DNA of 64,000 nt. It comes from an uncultured virus (IMG/VR IMGVR_UViG_3300031963_000026) (taxonomy: Duplodnaviria > Heunggongvirae > Uroviricota > Caudoviricetes). Under the pieces are notes generated by a model. The model saw only the letters and a program-made list of their open reading frames with translations, searched no databases and had not been told where the DNA came from. The stretch spans positions 62,001 to 126,000 of IMG/VR virus record IMGVR_UViG_3300031963_000026; one strand, 5' to 3'. The position numbers were made by a program, and so were the translations under genes. Shown in pieces: positions 62,183 to 64,000 of this stretch (position 1 is its first letter; each line of letters starts with the position of its first letter).

Positions 62183-62236
62183 TTGCCATGGTAGGAGGAA
62201 GTTGGTGATACCTTTCCATTATAAGAATATTTATAT
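62135..62236. CRISPR. Repeat-spacer-degenerate repeat (unit 5), type VI-B-like
   Basis: GTTGGAGATACTTTTCAAATTGAGGGTATAAACATC (36 nt), 30-nt spacer CTCGAGATGTGATTGCCATGGTAGGAGGAA, then GTTGGTGATACCTTTCCATTATAAG... Confidence 0.65.
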
Positions 62237-62239
62237 GGT

Positions 62240-62914
62240 ATGAAACTACTTGAGAGAAAAATACATTTACTAGAATCTTTATTGGATGGTAAGAATATTT
62301 TTGAAGCCAATTATAAAGCACAAAAATTAGATTATAACTTAAATTCATTATCAGATTTTATCGGTAAAGATACTATGGATGTTCATTATAATGGACATTA
62401 TAAAACTTACCTTAAAAAATTAAATGAACTTCTACCGGATGAAAAAATGATCCCAATAGAAGATTTAATTAAAAAAATATCAAGGTATAACAAGAAAATT
62501 AGGAATAATGCTGGTGGTGTATATAACCACCAACTATTTTGGAAAATGTTATCACCAAACAAAACAAAACCATCTAAAGAACTATTAGAAAAAATTAACA
62601 AAGATTTTGGTTCTTATGATGAGTTCAAACAAAAGTTTGAAAAAGTGGCATTAGACAGGTTTGGTTCAGGATGGGTTTGGTTAATTATGGGTAAAAGTGG
62701 TAGGTTACGTGTCGTATCTACACCCAATCAGGACAACCCCGAGATGAATATTATTAGAAATGGAGGAAAAATTTTATTGGGGCTTGACATTTGGGAACAT
62801 GCGTATTATCTTAGCTACCGAAATGAGAGAGACCGATATATCAAAAACTTTTGGAAAGTGGTAAATTGGGATTTCGTAAGTTCAGAATATCAGAAACTTA
62901 AACCAACTAAATAA
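62240..62914 (+). CDS. sodA: Superoxide dismutase, Mn-type signature, with N-terminal extension
   Basis: HYNGHYKTY, NNAGGVYNHQLFW, FGSGWVWL, TPNQDNP and DIWEHAYY motifs. Confidence 0.9.
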   Translation: MKLLERKIHLLESLLDGKNIFEANYKAQKLDYNLNSLSDFIGKDTMDVHYNGHYKTYLKKLNELLPDEKMIPIEDLIKKISRYNKKIRNNAGGVYNHQLFWKMLSPNKTKPSKELLEKINKDFGSYDEFKQKFEKVALDRFGSGWVWLIMGKSGRLRVVSTPNQDNPEMNIIRNGGKILLGLDIWEHAYYLSYRNERDRYIKNFWKVVNWDFVSSEYQKLKPTK

Positions 62915-63729
62915 TGAAAAACTCATTTGTTCTCAACGAAGAAAAAGTAACAAAATGTTCCTATTCCGAAGTTAGTAAGTACAAAGATTTGTTTAACCGT
63001 AATCCTAAAGTAAAGTGGATTTATCGTGAAGCAATTGACAAAGCACTCGAAGTGGTGTTTAAAGATTTATGGCAAACTCACCCAAAAGGTTCCGAAACTG
63101 TTTCAGGAGTTTTTAATTTAGAAGGACCCGGTAGATCGGTTTTGAATAAGTTAAATACCAATTATAGTGCATTCGCCATATTAGTTAGAGATATCAATAA
63201 GGTATTAAAATCAAGAGGTATCCAACTTTTGAATTTTAATGGAACACAAGACGACCAACTTTTTGAAGCAAGAAAAATGGCTAAGGTGATTGACACATTC
63301 AAAGAACGAATATTCAACACCGAATCATCCACATTTAATAGTATTATGGCAACACTTAATCGCACACATAAATTAGGTGAGAATAGAGAAGATAGTGTTG
63401 TTAATTTTTTGAAAAGGATCTATGGTGACGATAATGTTTCAAAGATTGGTGGGTTAAATAGTTCTGAAGATATGACATCGGGTGTTGATGTTTTAATTAA
63501 AACTGAGGGTAATACTAAAACCGCTCAAGTTAAACCTTTCTACAAAACATTAAATGATGGTGTGACTATTAGGTTCGCAGATACTGGTAACGTTAAAAAA
63601 TACGAGACAGATTACCTGATTTTTGACGGTACTAAAGAAATCTACATTATGAATAACAATCAAACCGTTATTGTTGAAGGTGAATATTCTTTTCCGAGTG
63701 AGTCAGTAATTCATATATTATCAAAGTAA
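62914..63729 (+). CDS. Putative PD-(D/E)XK / restriction-endonuclease-like protein
   Basis: GENRE...GVDVLI...TAQVKP (E...D...QxK) arrangement. Confidence 0.5.
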   Translation: MKNSFVLNEEKVTKCSYSEVSKYKDLFNRNPKVKWIYREAIDKALEVVFKDLWQTHPKGSETVSGVFNLEGPGRSVLNKLNTNYSAFAILVRDINKVLKSRGIQLLNFNGTQDDQLFEARKMAKVIDTFKERIFNTESSTFNSIMATLNRTHKLGENREDSVVNFLKRIYGDDNVSKIGGLNSSEDMTSGVDVLIKTEGNTKTAQVKPFYKTLNDGVTIRFADTGNVKKYETDYLIFDGTKEIYIMNNNQTVIVEGEYSFPSESVIHILSK

Positions 63730-63753
63730 TTGATATTTATATGAAAAAAGACT

Positions 63754-64000
63754 ATGGCAATTATCCCTGAACCAGAAAGAAGTCAATTATACAAAAGAAT
63801 TAAAAATCTTTTAGGTGCCCCAATCCGATCAGTAGAGATTGAGGATGAAATGATGGATTCACTTATGGAATTATCCATTGGTGATTATAGCCAATACGTG
63901 TTAGATTGGTTGATAGAATCTCAATGGACATCTCTTTATGGATTGAATTTAGATGAGAAATCCGTTGCAAACGCACTTGTTAGAAGAACTTTAGATTGGG
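63754..64000 (+). CDS. Neck protein (T4 gp13-like), N-terminal part; runs off the window edge
   Basis: Manual translation MAIIPEPERSQLYKRIKNLLGAPIRSVEIEDEMMDSLMELSI...; the LGAP..xVE motif matches gp13; TATTTAT at 63734-63740. Confidence 0.7.
   Translation, partial: MAIIPEPERSQLYKRIKNLLGAPIRSVEIEDEMMDSLMELSIGDYSQYVLDWLIESQWTSLYGLNLDEKSVANALVRRTLDW

Larger units (their letters stand above)
60481..62245 (+). repeat. Five ~350-bp tandem gene cassettes
   Basis: Starts at 60492, 60835, 61191, 61541 and 61892; near-identical first ~80 nt; shared CCTTTCCATTRTAAGAATATTTAT junction after copies 2-5. Confidence 0.95.

Noticed and set aside
61847..62194. Stop-codon reassignment or readthrough
   Set aside because: The internal stops are of all three types (TAA, TGA, TAG), and other genes are intact under the standard code.
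60738..62236. Diversity-generating retroelement variable regions
   Set aside because: No reverse transcriptase or template repeat is visible in the window, variation affects all codon positions, and the block is flanked by 36-nt repeats. Not fully excluded without the rest of the genome.
1..64000. tRNA/rRNA genes, introns or inteins
   Set aside because: Intergenic gaps are short with no cloverleaf seen, and the RNR, helicase and recombinase have normal lengths. Not checked computationally.

Overview
AT-rich segment of a large (jumbo-type) contractile-tailed phage genome, very probably infecting Bacteroidota. Host evidence: TTTG-N20-TAnnTTTG promoters, SprB-type repeats, and a beta-propeller resembling T9SS cargo proteins. 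The minus strand (1-58.7 kb) carries neck, tail terminator, sheath, tube, tail chaperone, tape measure, baseplate and adhesin-like fibre genes. These are interleaved with T4-like DNA metabolism genes: SbcD-like nuclease, primase, RuvC-like resolvase, class II RNR, helicase, 5'-3' exonuclease, RecA/UvsX and gp32-like SSB. The plus strand (58.7-64 kb) carries a SNF2 helicase, five tandem paralogous small genes, a Mn-type superoxide dismutase, a nuclease-like gene and the start of a gp13-like neck gene. Main finding: the 3' end of each of the five paralogs contains a 36-nt hairpin repeat followed by a unique spacer-like segment (30 nt in copies 3-5, 36 nt in copy 2), and in copies 2-5 then a degenerate second repeat. 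The repeat resembles type VI-B (Cas13b) CRISPR direct repeats, so these look like CRISPR-like mini-arrays embedded in frame in protein-coding cassettes. Also seen: a likely programmed frameshift in the tail chaperone, an unannotated ribbon-helix-helix gene, a TATTTAT late-promoter motif, and an OmpA-like domain inserted in a tail protein. All product calls are from motif recognition, not database searches.
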